From contig CAVXKA010000002.1 of NCBI GenBank assembly GCA_963762255.1, positions 608,001 through 672,000 on the forward strand: a DNA stretch of 64,000 nt, read 5' to 3'. Made by a program: the position numbers and the translations under genes. The stretch is from Candidatus Eiseniibacteriota bacterium (GTDB lineage: Bacteria; Eisenbacteria; RBG-16-71-46; JABDJR01). Below are positions 40,340 through 51,100 of the stretch, in pieces (the first letter of the stretch is position 1; every line of letters starts with the position of its first letter). Under the pieces are notes generated by a model. The model ran no database searches, was not told the origin of the DNA, and worked only from the letters and a program-made list of their open reading frames with translations.

Positions 40340-41090
40340 GGCCTTCTCCGCAAACGAGTTCCGCTACGTCCACCTGATCGGGGGCGGCGGCAAGACCAGG
40401 CTCATGTTCGCGCTGGCACACGCGCTTGCGGACACAGGGGCTACCGTCCTCACCGCCACGACAACGAAGATCTACGAGCCCGAGACGGAGGAATCGGATT
40501 GCGTCGTCTTCGAGTCCGATCGTGCGCGTCTCGTGAACCGCCTGCGCGCCGAGTTCGCCGTGCGCCGCCACGTCACCGCGGTCGCGGGGCCGGACGCGAC
40601 AGGGCGGAAACTCGAGGGGCTGGACGTCGCCGTGCTCGACGCCGTCGTGGACTCGCGCGTGGCCGATCACGTGTTGGTGGAGGCCGACGGCGCGGCGGGG
40701 CGATCGCTCAAGGCGCATGCCGATCACGAGCCTGTCATCTCCGCACGCGCCGATCTCGTGATCGCCGTCATCGGCGTGGACTGCCTCGGCTCGCCCATGG
40801 ATGATGAGTACATCCATCGCGCTGCGCTCTTCCGCGAGCGGCTGGGCCGCCCGGCGGAGGCGATTGTCACACCCGAGGACGTGGCCGCCATCCTGCTCCA
40901 TCGCCTTGGTTACCTGGCCCGCGTGAGTTCGAACACCCGCGTATTCGTCTTCATCAACAAGGCGGGGACGGCGCAGGCGCGCGAGCAGGCGCGGCAGATC
41001 AGCGCGCAATTGAAGCGGGACGATCGCGAGGGCCGCGTGAGCCGCATCGTCATCGGCGACGTGAGGGAGCGCGTGTTCGAGGAGACCTGA
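40308..41090 (+). CDS. yqeC: Selenium cofactor biosynthesis protein YqeC
   Basis: IGGGGKT, TTTKI, LVEADGAAGRSLKA..HEPVI, IHR and INK motifs. Confidence 0.88.
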   Translation: MPAGNRTPILEAFSANEFRYVHLIGGGGKTRLMFALAHALADTGATVLTATTTKIYEPETEESDCVVFESDRARLVNRLRAEFAVRRHVTAVAGPDATGRKLEGLDVAVLDAVVDSRVADHVLVEADGAAGRSLKAHADHEPVISARADLVIAVIGVDCLGSPMDDEYIHRAALFRERLGRPAEAIVTPEDVAAILLHRLGYLARVSSNTRVFVFINKAGTAQAREQARQISAQLKRDDREGRVSRIVIGDVRERVFEET

Positions 41091-41135
41091 CCACCAGAAC
41101 GGCCGACCGATTCCCGAAAGCTCTCTCCGGAAGAT

Positions 41136-42065
41136 CTACTCCTCGGACAGCACGCGAACCGAGTCCCCCTCGATCTGCAGAACCTGGAGCGCGCCACCGT
41201 AGGCGGCCGACATCCCCACGTCGATACACCACACCTTGCCGTCGCAGTAGCTCGTGATGCCTTCCTCCTGAATCGAATGGCCGACGACCATCCGCTTGGC
41301 CGAGAGCCGGGAGAGCACGGTGCTCAGCGTGTCGCACGCTCCTTCACTCACATCTACCGAGTAGAGGCGTGTCCAGGTGGGACTGCAACATCCCTTGTGG
41401 GCCCACTCCGGATTGGGGCCCTCCCCGAGCATCCAGGCGCGGATCTCGGCGTTCACCGCATCCAACCCCTTGTCGACATGCTCCGGCAAGACACCTCCAT
41501 GGACGAAGACGTTGTCGCCGACCACGGTCACGGTGTTCCGCTCCGCGAGCACGCGGGCATAGGGCCCCCCGGGGCGAAACGCGGCGGCGCGGGGCCGCTG
41601 CGATTCGTCAAAGCGGAGCAGCACCGAATCTGCCTGCCCCACGGTCACCGCATCCCGGAAGTCCTCGAAGCCACCCGGCGTCGCGTAGCGCAGATCCAGG
41701 GCCACATTCATGAGCTCGTGGTTGCCGTTGAGAACGTGCACCGCTCCTCCGGCGGCGGCCGCCTCGCCGGCCAACCGGGTGAAGAGGTCGAGGATGGCTT
41801 GCTCATCGTCGCCGCGATCGAGCTGGTCCCCGGTCTGGACGACGACCAGATCGCCCCCGATCCACCGGTCCGTTTCATCGATGGCGCCCGCGAGTCGCAG
41901 CGCGCGCCGACACGCGTCGAGGTCACCGTGGAGATCGCCGATGGCGACGATCCGGGGCACTGCCGGGTAACGCGTGGGAATCGCGTCGCCGGCGATCGCC
42001 GGAAGCGCGGTGATCGACCCTTCGATCAGCAAGACAAGTAGCGACACCAGCCATTTCACCCGCAC
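41136..42065 (-). CDS. Exported metallophosphoesterase (Shewanella-like PPP phosphatase)
   Basis: GDLHGD, GDQLDRG, GNHE, FVHGG, VVGHS and IDVGMS motifs. Confidence 0.88.
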   Translation of the reverse strand: MRVKWLVSLLVLLIEGSITALPAIAGDAIPTRYPAVPRIVAIGDLHGDLDACRRALRLAGAIDETDRWIGGDLVVVQTGDQLDRGDDEQAILDLFTRLAGEAAAAGGAVHVLNGNHELMNVALDLRYATPGGFEDFRDAVTVGQADSVLLRFDESQRPRAAAFRPGGPYARVLAERNTVTVVGDNVFVHGGVLPEHVDKGLDAVNAEIRAWMLGEGPNPEWAHKGCCSPTWTRLYSVDVSEGACDTLSTVLSRLSAKRMVVGHSIQEEGITSYCDGKVWCIDVGMSAAYGGALQVLQIEGDSVRVLSEE

Positions 42066-42325
42066 CGTGCCCCCTAACTAAGAACTCATGAAAAGGTCTC
42101 CGCGCAGTTACCGCCGCCAATATAGCTGCAGGCAGGGCGCCCACCTCGCAGTAGCCCAGTGGGTCCGCAGAAGAGCATCATGATATGGTGCGGGCTCGTA
42201 GCCGACCCGTCTATGGAGGAATCCCATGCAAGAACTGGACATCCCTTCAGCTTCATACACCCGGCCACGCTGAGCGGGGCGTTGCGCCGACGCCGGCATC
42301 GAGATCCCCTATCCGTACCAGAACG

Positions 42326-43105
42326 TTATCGTGACGAGCCGGGCATGAGGGCGGCGGGATCCTGTTCATAGAACCGAGTCAGCTCGGCATACAGCTCCGG
42401 GTGCTCCCGCCGCATGGCGACCGGCCGCTCGAAGAACGCTTCCGTCACCACCGCGAAGAACTCGGCGGGGTTGGTAGCGCCATAGGCATCGATCACGGAT
42501 TGGTGGCCCTGATGCAGTTCGGCGATCAGGCCTTCGTACTCCCCGCTCAGGACACGCGCCCATTCTCGGTAACGGGCCGGCGGCCCGAGCGCCGGCGCGC
42601 CTTCCATCGCGCCGGACTCACTGTCGATCTGATGGGCGAACTCGTGAAAGACGACGTTGTGCCCGTCCGCGGGATCGACCGCGCCGCTGAGCACGTCCGA
42701 CCACGACAAGACCAACGCGCCTCGCTGCCAGGACTCACCGAGTCGCGCCTGCGGTCCTTCCTCGATGACGCCGCCCGGCTGAACGCGTTTCGACCGGGCT
42801 ATGTAAGCGTGCGGATAAACCAAGATCGACGTGAGCGTCGGATAGAAGTCGGTCCTGCGATGAAGGAGCAGCACCGCCGCCTGCGCGGCGATAGTCACAC
42901 GGATTTCGTCGGTGATCTCCAACCCCGCGCACCCTTCGAATCGCTTCTCGTCCAAGAGCACCTGAGCGACTCCCGCAAGCTCTTTGCGGTCGGCACTGCC
43001 AAGCGACCGAACATAGGGCACGTTGCGGTCAATGATCCGCCACCATGCTTCGGGGAGCGGGCGATCACGGAGTTGGCGACGTCTTCGCGCACGAATTCCA
43101 AACAC
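42326..43105 (-). CDS. mtfA: MtfA-like (M90) zinc-dependent peptidase
   Basis: TIAAQA, ILVYP, GESW, NVVFHEFAHQID and YGATNPAEFFAV motifs. Confidence 0.85.
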   Translation of the reverse strand: MFGIRARRRRQLRDRPLPEAWWRIIDRNVPYVRSLGSADRKELAGVAQVLLDEKRFEGCAGLEITDEIRVTIAAQAAVLLLHRRTDFYPTLTSILVYPHAYIARSKRVQPGGVIEEGPQARLGESWQRGALVLSWSDVLSGAVDPADGHNVVFHEFAHQIDSESGAMEGAPALGPPARYREWARVLSGEYEGLIAELHQGHQSVIDAYGATNPAEFFAVVTEAFFERPVAMRREHPELYAELTRFYEQDPAALMPGSSR

Positions 43106-43146
43106 GGGTACACCCTTGCGTGAACGGGGTCACTCCCCCGCTGTTC

Positions 43147-45573
43147 CTATTCGGAAGCCGGCCTCCGGGACGTAACGTTGACAACAAAATCAGCGCCCTC
43201 CCAGCGGTCTGCGTCAGGCCAGTAGAACGTGAACCTCACTTGCTTCCCTGCCGGTAGCGCCCGTGTCGGCAGATCGGCGACATGGATGGCCAGTCCGGTA
43301 TCGTGCGAGTCAGTATCACGGACCGTATTCCAGCCGTCGTTACTCCAGTGGATGACCGCGGGGGCGCATGTCTCGATGCGCAGCGTCTTACCGGCCGACA
43401 TGAAACGAATCTTGTGGTTGAAGCGCCACACCGCGTGCGCCGATTCGATCTTGTCCACGAGATACCGCTGCACCGTCTGCGGGGGCATGTCGAAGACCCG
43501 ACCATCCCGTAGTGAACGAAGCAACTTCAGGTACTCGGCATGCGCCCATACCAGCGGCATGGCGGAGCCGGATGGCCGCCCGAAGTACAGCTCCCGTTCC
43601 GCAATGTCCGGAGCGTCCCAAACCTGCTCTGGAAGCAACCCCTCCGCCCCGGCGAAAGACTCTAGAGCCGCCTGAAGCCGCTGGGCCTCTCCGACCCGGC
43701 CAGCAGCCAGTTCGAAGTGGGCCCGCTCGCCGGTCAAGAGCGGCCACACCCGACCGATCCCTGTGCCGTCAAAAGGCTCGCCATCCCTATGCTCGCCATA
43801 GCCGTCGCCGTTGTACCGGTGCCAGATCGGGCCCTGTGCGGTCTCGACCTTGAGCAGCGCGTCGATGACTTTGACCGTGTCGACCATGCGCGGATCATCG
43901 GCTGCGCGCAGACCAAAACGAACCAGAGCGAGGGCATCGGGGCTCACCAAGTGACTGGCAAAACTGCTGGCTCGCTCGAAGGCGACGTTCTTTACCGGAA
44001 CGCTCTTCTGGAAGCGGGACGCTCCCTCTTCCGTCTCCACCGGAGCGATGCGGACGTAGTACCCCGCGACTTCAAACTCCCGGCACCAATCGGTGCCGGT
44101 CACGTACATCCACCGATCGATGGATGCGTTCCAGGCGTCGGCGGTCTCACGCAGGTAGGTCGCGATCGACGGCTCGTGGTGCACCTCGGCCAGATCGGCT
44201 GCGGCCAGGAGCGCTGAGATTTCGGCCGCGACCGTGAACGGCGAGTATCCGGGATCCTCCTCCCATCGGTCCTGCGGGCTGACCGGCCCGTTGTGGATCA
44301 AGTAGACCGCGGCTTGCCGGACCATCGGCCAGAACCTGGCCACGTCGTCCGCGTCCAGTGCGTTCTCGCGCCGAGCCGCATCCACGAGGAGAATCGGCAG
44401 AGCTGTCTCGTCCATCTGAATGCCGTTCCAGTAGGGGGAGCCATCCAGCCACATGTTCTGAGCCCAGTGTCCGTCAGCTTCTTGGGTCGCCTGCAGGTAG
44501 CAGAGGACGCGACGAACCTCCTCGTGGGCACCGGCAGCCAAGAACCCCCCCGCCGACTCCACCAGATCGCGCGGCCAGGTGAGGTGATAGCCGCCCAGGT
44601 CGTTGTCACCCTTGCTGAATCCCCACGGAATGGAAAGGCTGGCGATGATTCCACCGGGGAAGGTGGCCGCCTCGTGAGTGCGTAAGACGGCCGTGCTGAC
44701 TCGGTAGAAATTGTGCCCGCCGGCCGGCCATTGCGTATCGAGCGGCAGCAGCGTCTCCTGCCATTTGCTCCACTCCTCGACATATGCCGATTGCGCGGCG
44801 TCGAAACCGTCCTGAAGGGCCGCGCGGGCTCGGTTACCCGCCTCGGCTGCGTTGCGCCCGAACCCCAGCGCCAGCAGAAACTCTCCGCCCCCCGCATTCA
44901 GGTCGATCTCCGCCGTCAGGGCAATGTTGCCGTTTTCGGCCCGTGTGTACTCCCACGTCATCCGCTTGTGAGACGACAGATCCTGCCAGCCGTCCGAGAA
45001 CCCGACGAACCCCACGGAACGTTTGAGCCAGGGGAAGGAACACGCCAGGGCCAACGCGTTCCCGTCCCGTTCGGCGAACAACATCGGAATGCCCTTGTAC
45101 TCGTCGATCCATCCGGTGTTGCCGGCTCCGTGATTGCCCAAGTGAGGGGCGAGCACTACATGGAGCCGATAGTCCGAAATCCGTCCCCGCTGGGCAACGA
45201 ACCGGGTCTGCTGCAATACGGCCTCTCGCCGAGGATCGGCCACGATCTTCTTTTCGATGCGGTAGCGCCCCTGAAGGCACGTGTTGACCTGAGAGAAGGC
45301 CGGCACGCCGTCGGCCAGCCAGTGCACTTCGCTCCTGGCATCCCGTTTCTCCTCGGAGAAGAAGTCCGCGCCGTTGGTGACGATCAGCCCCATGTCGCGT
45401 ATGCACGCTTCGTCAATCCGGGGATGGTAAATCTCGTTGAAGATCCCGTGGCTCAGCGTGAACCAGACGCGGCTCTTGCTGTGGAGGGAAGTCCCTACCC
45501 CCGACTTGGCACTGGAGGTCCAGCGCGCCGGAATCCCCGGCCACCCCGGTGGGTGGCGTTCCGGTGTATCCAT
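43147..45573 (-). CDS. Glucan 1,4-alpha-glucosidase (glucodextranase_N + GH15 + C-terminal carbohydrate-binding-like domain)
   Basis: Start reassigned to MDTPER (AGGAG RBS). PPGWPGIPARW, IASLSIPWG, GGYHLTWPRD, QMDE, QDRWEE, RYNGDGYGE, LPEQVW and SAMPLVWAHAEY motifs. Confidence 0.9.
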   Translation of the reverse strand: MDTPERHPPGWPGIPARWTSSAKSGVGTSLHSKSRVWFTLSHGIFNEIYHPRIDEACIRDMGLIVTNGADFFSEEKRDARSEVHWLADGVPAFSQVNTCLQGRYRIEKKIVADPRREAVLQQTRFVAQRGRISDYRLHVVLAPHLGNHGAGNTGWIDEYKGIPMLFAERDGNALALACSFPWLKRSVGFVGFSDGWQDLSSHKRMTWEYTRAENGNIALTAEIDLNAGGGEFLLALGFGRNAAEAGNRARAALQDGFDAAQSAYVEEWSKWQETLLPLDTQWPAGGHNFYRVSTAVLRTHEAATFPGGIIASLSIPWGFSKGDNDLGGYHLTWPRDLVESAGGFLAAGAHEEVRRVLCYLQATQEADGHWAQNMWLDGSPYWNGIQMDETALPILLVDAARRENALDADDVARFWPMVRQAAVYLIHNGPVSPQDRWEEDPGYSPFTVAAEISALLAAADLAEVHHEPSIATYLRETADAWNASIDRWMYVTGTDWCREFEVAGYYVRIAPVETEEGASRFQKSVPVKNVAFERASSFASHLVSPDALALVRFGLRAADDPRMVDTVKVIDALLKVETAQGPIWHRYNGDGYGEHRDGEPFDGTGIGRVWPLLTGERAHFELAAGRVGEAQRLQAALESFAGAEGLLPEQVWDAPDIAERELYFGRPSGSAMPLVWAHAEYLKLLRSLRDGRVFDMPPQTVQRYLVDKIESAHAVWRFNHKIRFMSAGKTLRIETCAPAVIHWSNDGWNTVRDTDSHDTGLAIHVADLPTRALPAGKQVRFTFYWPDADRWEGADFVVNVTSRRPASE

Positions 45574-45617
45574 ACCGTCTCCTGTCGCTGCTTCCTGCAT
45601 CAGCCTCTGGCGGGTCT

Positions 45618-46400
45618 TCAACCGCCGTGTGAAAAGTCCGGGTAGTCGGTCATTCCCCCGTCGACGAATATCGTCCGGCCGGTCACGTAGGAGCCGATGT
45701 CCGATGCCAGCACCGCCACGATGCGGGCGACTTCCTGGGGATCGCCGATCCGGTTGAGCGGGATCTTCTCCAGCAAATCCCGCAGATTCTCCGGATCGCT
45801 CCAAACCGCGCGGTTGATCGGGGTCCTGATTGCCCCCGGCGCAACCGCCAGCACGCGAACCCCATGCGGCGCCGCCTCCTGCGCCAGGGTCTTGGTCAGC
45901 ATGCTGACGGCAGCCTTACTGGCCGTGTAGGCGCTGTAGCCAGACCAAGCGATCTCTTCATGCACCGAACTGATGTTCACGATGACGCCATGTTTCTGCG
46001 GCACCATTCGCTTCAGAGCTTCACGAGCACAATAGAAAGCGCCCAGCAGGTTCACCTCGATTACCTTGGTCCAGACGGCAATCTCGGCCTCCCACCCGAA
46101 TGCGCGGCCACCGTCGATGCCGGCATTGTTGACCAGGATGTCGATCCCCCCCCAAGTCGATTCGAGGGTTCCGAACATGGATGCTACGGCCCCGGGGTTG
46201 GATACATCAGCTTGAATGGCCATGGCGACGCCGCCCTGCTCCTTGATCCGCTGCACAAGCGACTCCGCCGTTTCAGGATGGGTGATGTAGTTGATCGCTA
46301 CTCGTGCACCGGCTTCGGCCAGACACAGTACGATCGACTCACCGATGCCGGAATTGCCGCCGGTAACGAGGGCCCGTTTGCGGTCAAGCGAGACGTTCAC
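45618..46400 (-). CDS. Glucose 1-dehydrogenase-like SDR
   Basis: GTG start overlapping the aquaporin stop; VTGGNSGIG, NNAGI, SSVHE, YTASK, PGAIRTPIN and VDGGMTDYP. The 533-aa ORF-track extension is a shadow of the aquaporin. Confidence 0.88.
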   Translation of the reverse strand: MNVSLDRKRALVTGGNSGIGESIVLCLAEAGARVAINYITHPETAESLVQRIKEQGGVAMAIQADVSNPGAVASMFGTLESTWGGIDILVNNAGIDGGRAFGWEAEIAVWTKVIEVNLLGAFYCAREALKRMVPQKHGVIVNISSVHEEIAWSGYSAYTASKAAVSMLTKTLAQEAAPHGVRVLAVAPGAIRTPINRAVWSDPENLRDLLEKIPLNRIGDPQEVARIVAVLASDIGSYVTGRTIFVDGGMTDYPDFSHGG

Positions 46401-47209
46401 GGTGTTCCCCCCAGTCTTTGAGCACCATCTCTGCCCCTCCACCGAAATACACCGTACCGGTCGTGTCCGAAGTGGTAGAGCTTCGCGACCTCGATCGTGA
46501 ACCACCGAAGACCGGTGAACCGATGCACGGCCGCACCGGCCAGAGTGCCCACGATTGGGCCTACCCAGTAGATCCACCATGCATGCCAGGTCTGGGAGAT
46601 CACCGCCGGCCCGAAGCTTCGCGCCGGATTGGTGCTGGTCCCGGAAACGGGGGCTTCGATGTAGACCATGGCCGCATACAAGATGGGAAAGAGGGCCGGT
46701 GTGAACCGGCGCAATCGACGATGCCCCAAGAAGAAGAACAACCCGACGATGAGGCAGAACGTTGTTGTCGCCTCTCCCAGCAGCGCCCAGCCAGTCCCGT
46801 AATCCGCACCGGGCAAGGTGGCCCCGAAATCCACGCTGCGTCCCATGCGCCCCCAGGCTAGCAACGGCAACGACCCCAATGCTGCGCCCGCAAGCTGTGA
46901 AAGTACATACCCCAAGGCATGACCTGTTCTCAGCTTGCCCATGAGCCAGAACCCCATGGTAACCACGGGATTGATGTGCGCCCCGCTCTCTTTGCCGAGC
47001 GGGGAGAGTGCAATCAGGGCGCCCGTGGTACCGAAGAGGAACCCGGTGACCAGCCGCCGCCAGCCGGGACTGGGAATGACGTGAATGACCGGGCTGCCCT
47101 CGCCGAAGGCCAGGATCACGAAGGACAACCCAACCGCGACAAGCAAGACCGTACCCATCAACTCCGCGCCGAACACTAGCCACGGAACAGATCGCTGAGT
47201 TGGAATCAT
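46397..47209 (-). CDS. MIP/aquaporin family channel
   Basis: AELMGT, SGAHINPVVT (NPV variant), SGTSTNPARSFGPA and WIYWVGP motifs. Start may be 47245. Confidence 0.9.
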   Translation of the reverse strand: MIPTQRSVPWLVFGAELMGTVLLVAVGLSFVILAFGEGSPVIHVIPSPGWRRLVTGFLFGTTGALIALSPLGKESGAHINPVVTMGFWLMGKLRTGHALGYVLSQLAGAALGSLPLLAWGRMGRSVDFGATLPGADYGTGWALLGEATTTFCLIVGLFFFLGHRRLRRFTPALFPILYAAMVYIEAPVSGTSTNPARSFGPAVISQTWHAWWIYWVGPIVGTLAGAAVHRFTGLRWFTIEVAKLYHFGHDRYGVFRWRGRDGAQRLGGTP

Positions 47210-47246
47210 CGGCCCCCAAGCGGGCCGTTCGACGCCGACTCCCACC

Positions 47247-47825
47247 TCAGTTCGCGGGCACGTAATCCGTCAGATCGTAGGAGACGCCGGAATGCTCCAG
47301 AATCCTGATCGCGCCGACTTCGGGAGCTACAACGTAGGTCATGTCTAGAACGGCGTCGTCTGATATGTCAAAGAAAAACGTGTAGCAGTCGGTGTATGTG
47401 CCCGCAGGAACGGTCACCACATCCGTCTTGCTGATGAGGGTGACGGTGGGAGCCGGCACATCCGTACCTACTGCGTATTCCCAGGACTCTCCGGCGTCCG
47501 CAGTGAAGTCAAAGAGTACTGACTCAAGCGCGCTTGTCTCGGATTTCCGAACGAGTAGACGGCCGCTGTCCATGCGGACCAGTGAGTGCGGGAACAAGGT
47601 TCCGCTGATTTGCGTGTATTCCTTTCCGTCCAGCGTCACCCGTGCAGCAACTGAATCCGATCGCCCCGCGGTGTACTCCCACAGCGTTCCAATGCCCAAC
47701 GGATACATAACATCCAACGAATTAGGTTGGGTCACTTTCTTGTTACAGCCCACAAACATGAAACATGTGAGGAGAATAATGAGAAGCGGTCTCCCGCCAC
47801 TTCCTAATGGCCTCGATGCGATCAT
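47247..47825 (-). CDS. Hypothetical lipoprotein
   Basis: AAGGAG RBS, lipobox FVGC; YPLGIGTLWEY, VTVPAGTYTDC and APEVG motifs seen in DUF3108-like beta-rich lipoproteins; visibly more AT-rich than flanks. Confidence 0.7.
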   Translation of the reverse strand: MIASRPLGSGGRPLLIILLTCFMFVGCNKKVTQPNSLDVMYPLGIGTLWEYTAGRSDSVAARVTLDGKEYTQISGTLFPHSLVRMDSGRLLVRKSETSALESVLFDFTADAGESWEYAVGTDVPAPTVTLISKTDVVTVPAGTYTDCYTFFFDISDDAVLDMTYVVAPEVGAIRILEHSGVSYDLTDYVPAN

Positions 47826-47990
47826 CTGGCTCTCCTTTGGGTATGCGTGTATTGAGTCCGTGGCGTCCCCGAGCTTTGTCGCTCCGATATCCATTCTAAG
47901 TCCGCGGGTCAGCATATTCCAGAGTAGGGCGCAGACGGGGTCGGGACGGACGACTCGGGGGATTAAGGCCGCCGATCAGATGCCGAGATC

Positions 47991-48053
47991 AACCCCGTCG
48001 TCGCGGACTCGTTGGACCACGTCGAAGATCTCCCTGACGAGAATCGGGGCGAG
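47991..48053 (-). pseudogene. 21-codon relic of a LivF-type ABC ATPase
   Basis: Translates LAPILVREIFDVVQRVRDDGV, the helix following the DEPSLG D-loop of branched-chain amino-acid ABC ATPases. Confidence 0.5.
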
Positions 48054-48169
48054 GCACTGTCCCCCGCGCCCCGTCACGTTGTTGTAGATTATGGGCTCGT
48101 TGTGACGGAGCCGACGGCCTCCGGGGTTCTTGTCCGACTCGCCCCGAGCCACTCAGATGGAGGAAGACG

Positions 48170-51100
48170 ATGCCGGGATTCACCCCAGGACGACGTTTCC
48201 AGCCGGCCTACCTAAGCTTCATACGCCGGCCGGCTGCTGAGCGCCTGCTCGCGCTCTTGGAACGTCAGACCAAGGGCACGCTGTTCGGCTGCCGCATGTG
48301 CGGCAACTGCCTGCTGCAAGAGACCGCTTTCATCTGCCCGATGGAGTGTCCCAAGGGGCTGCGCAACGGACCTTGCGGCGGCTCCACTCCGGAGGGTTGC
48401 TATGTGGATCCCGGGCGCCCCTGCATCTGGCACCACATCTTCGAGCGCGCCGACCGGATGGGGCGCACCGACCGCCTGATGGAGGTCCTGCCGCCGCTCG
48501 ACTGGGCGCGGGTGGGCCGGGAGACGTGGGGCGAGGTCATCGACGAGGTTCGCCGCCGTGGATTCGGCAAGGCCTTGGCCAGCTTCCTCGCGGGCCGCGA
48601 GCAGCGAGCCGCCTTCTGGGATCCCCTATTTCTCGGTATCCGCCAGCCCGACTGGTGGCAGGGGGACGACGCACCGCACCCTGCGCTGGCACACGCGCCG
48701 GTGTCGCGACTCGAGGAGAAACTGGCGGCCGGCCGCTTAGTCGTCACCTCGGAGGTGGCCCCCCCACTCTCGGTGGCGCCCGAGGAGCTGACCGGCACCC
48801 TGCGCCTCCTGCGTGACTGGATCGACGCGGCCAACTTCACCGACAACCCGTCGGCAACCCCCAGAATGTCTTCGCTGGCTTGCTCGGTGCTGGCCCTGGC
48901 CCAGGGTGTGGAACCGGTGATGCAGGTGGCTGCGCGTGATCGCACCCGTATGGGACTGCAGGCTGAGATTCTGGGCGCTGCGGCGTTGGGCATCCGCAAC
49001 GTTCTCTGCCTGACCGGGGATCATCCCGTCCTGGGTCCCTCGCCGCAAGGACGCATGGACATCTGGGACATCGACTCCATCCAGATGCTCTGGATTCTGC
49101 GCCGCATGCGCGATGCGCGGCAGTACATGGACGGCCGGGCGATCAAGAATCCGCCCGCGCTGTTCCTCGGCGCCGCGGCCTCGCCATTTTCATCCACGCC
49201 GCGGACACAGGCCCTGCGGGAACTCAAGAAGGTTCACGCCGGCGCTCAGTTCTTCCAGAGCAACCTCATCTACGATGTCGAGGGTTTCGAGAGCTACGCG
49301 GAAGCGCTGGACAAGGCGGGTGTGCTCGGAAAGACGCCGTTCCTGGCCGGGATCACGCCAGTGCGCAGCGCGCGCGCGGCGCACGCCATGTCGAAGGTGC
49401 CCGGCGTGAAGATCCCACCGGCCCTCATCGAGCGCCTCGAGAAATCGCGCAACCCCCAGGAGGAGGGGGTGCAGATCGCCCTCGAGATCATCGACCGGGT
49501 CAAGCGCCTGCCGGGGATCAGCGGTTTCCACATCATGGCCGTGGGCTGGGAACTGATCGTGCCGCGGCTCGTCCGCGAATCGGGATTGAAGGAGCCGCCG
49601 GCGCCGACGGGCGACCCCGGCATCTCGATCCGCACACCCACCCGGGCGCCGCGTGCGTCGCGGCCCGCCGAGCGCCCGCCGGCGGAGCACACCGACCGCC
49701 GCTACCTGGACGCGTTGACCTCAAAGGTCCTGGTCTTCGACGGCGCCATGGGCACCGCCATCCAGATGTGCAACCTGACGGCTGCCGACTTCGGCGGCGA
49801 AAAGACGGCCGGCTGCAACGACTACCTGGTCCTCCAGAAGCCCGACGTCATCGAGGGGATCCACGCCTCCTACCTGGAGGCCGGCTGCGACGTGATCGAG
49901 ACCTGCACCTTCCGCGCGAACCGGCAAACCATGGCGGAGTACGGGCTCGAGAACCGCATTCCGGAGATGAACCGCGCGGCGGCGGTGCTGGCGCGCCGAG
50001 CGGCCGACTCCTTCTCTACCGCGGAGCGACCCCGCTTTGTGGCCGGCTCCATCGGCCCCACCGGCATGCTCCCCTCTTCCTCGGATCCCGAGCTGTCAGC
50101 CATCGCGTTCGAGGAGCTGGCCGACATCTTCTCCGAGCAGGCCGAGGCCCTGGTGGAAGGGGGCTGCGATCTCCTCCTCATCGAAACCTCCCAGGACATG
50201 TTGGAGGTCAAGGCCGCCATCATGGGTGTGCAGGACGCTTTCGCCCGGACCGGCAAGAGAATCCCGCTTCAGGTCCAGGTCACCTTGGACGCCACGGGCC
50301 GGATGCTCCTCGGCACCGATGCGGCCGCTGTGCTTGCCACGCTGGAGCGAATGCCGGTGGACGTGCTGGGCATCAACTGCTCCACCGGGCCCGAGCACAT
50401 GCGCGCACCGCTGGCCTATCTGGGCGAGAACTCCTCGAAGCCCGTCTCCTGCCTGCCCAACGCGGGTCTGCCTGAGAACGTCGATGGAGAGGCGGTCTAT
50501 CCGCTCCAGCCGGACGGCTTCGCCGAGGAGATGGCGGACTATGTGGAGCGCTTTGGACTGAACGCGGTGGGCGGCTGCTGCGGCACAACCCCGGAACACA
50601 TCCGCATGCTCGTCGAGCGACTGCACGGCCGAGAGCCCCGGCCTCGGACGGCCCGCCCGCTCTCACTCGTGTCATCAGGAATCACCGTGGCCGACCTGGT
50701 CCAGAACCCGCGTCCGATGCTCATCGGCGAGCGGTTGAACGCCCAGGGGAGCAAGAAGATGAAGGAGCTGCTGCTGGCCGAGGACTACGGCGGCATCGCA
50801 GCCGTGGCCCGGGAGCAGATCGACGGCGGCGCGCACACGCTGGACATCTGTGTGGCGATGACCGAGCGGCGGGACGAGAGCTACCTCATGTCCCGGGTGG
50901 TCCGGACGCTGAGCCAGACGGTGGAGGCGCCGCTGGTCATCGACACCACCGAAGCCGAAGTGCTAGAAGCCGCGCTGCAAGCGGCCCCCGGTCGCATCAT
51001 CGTCAACGCGGTGAACATGGAGAACGGCCGCCATCGTGTGGACACCATGCTGCCGCTGATCCGCGACTACGGCGCCGCCACCATCGCGCTGACCATCGAC

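Noticed and set aside
42066-42325. Short ORFs or ncRNA in the spacer between the phosphatase and mtfA genes
   Set aside because: No RBS, motif or convincing structure; cannot be supported.
45618-47219. Apparent 533-aa SDR with a long N-terminal extension
   Set aside because: The extension is an off-frame read of the aquaporin gene; the SDR begins at GTG 46400.
48054-48169. SAM, SAH or cobalamin riboswitch upstream of the Met fusion
   Set aside because: No SAM-I, SAH or B12-box consensus recognisable by eye; an Infernal scan would be needed to exclude one.
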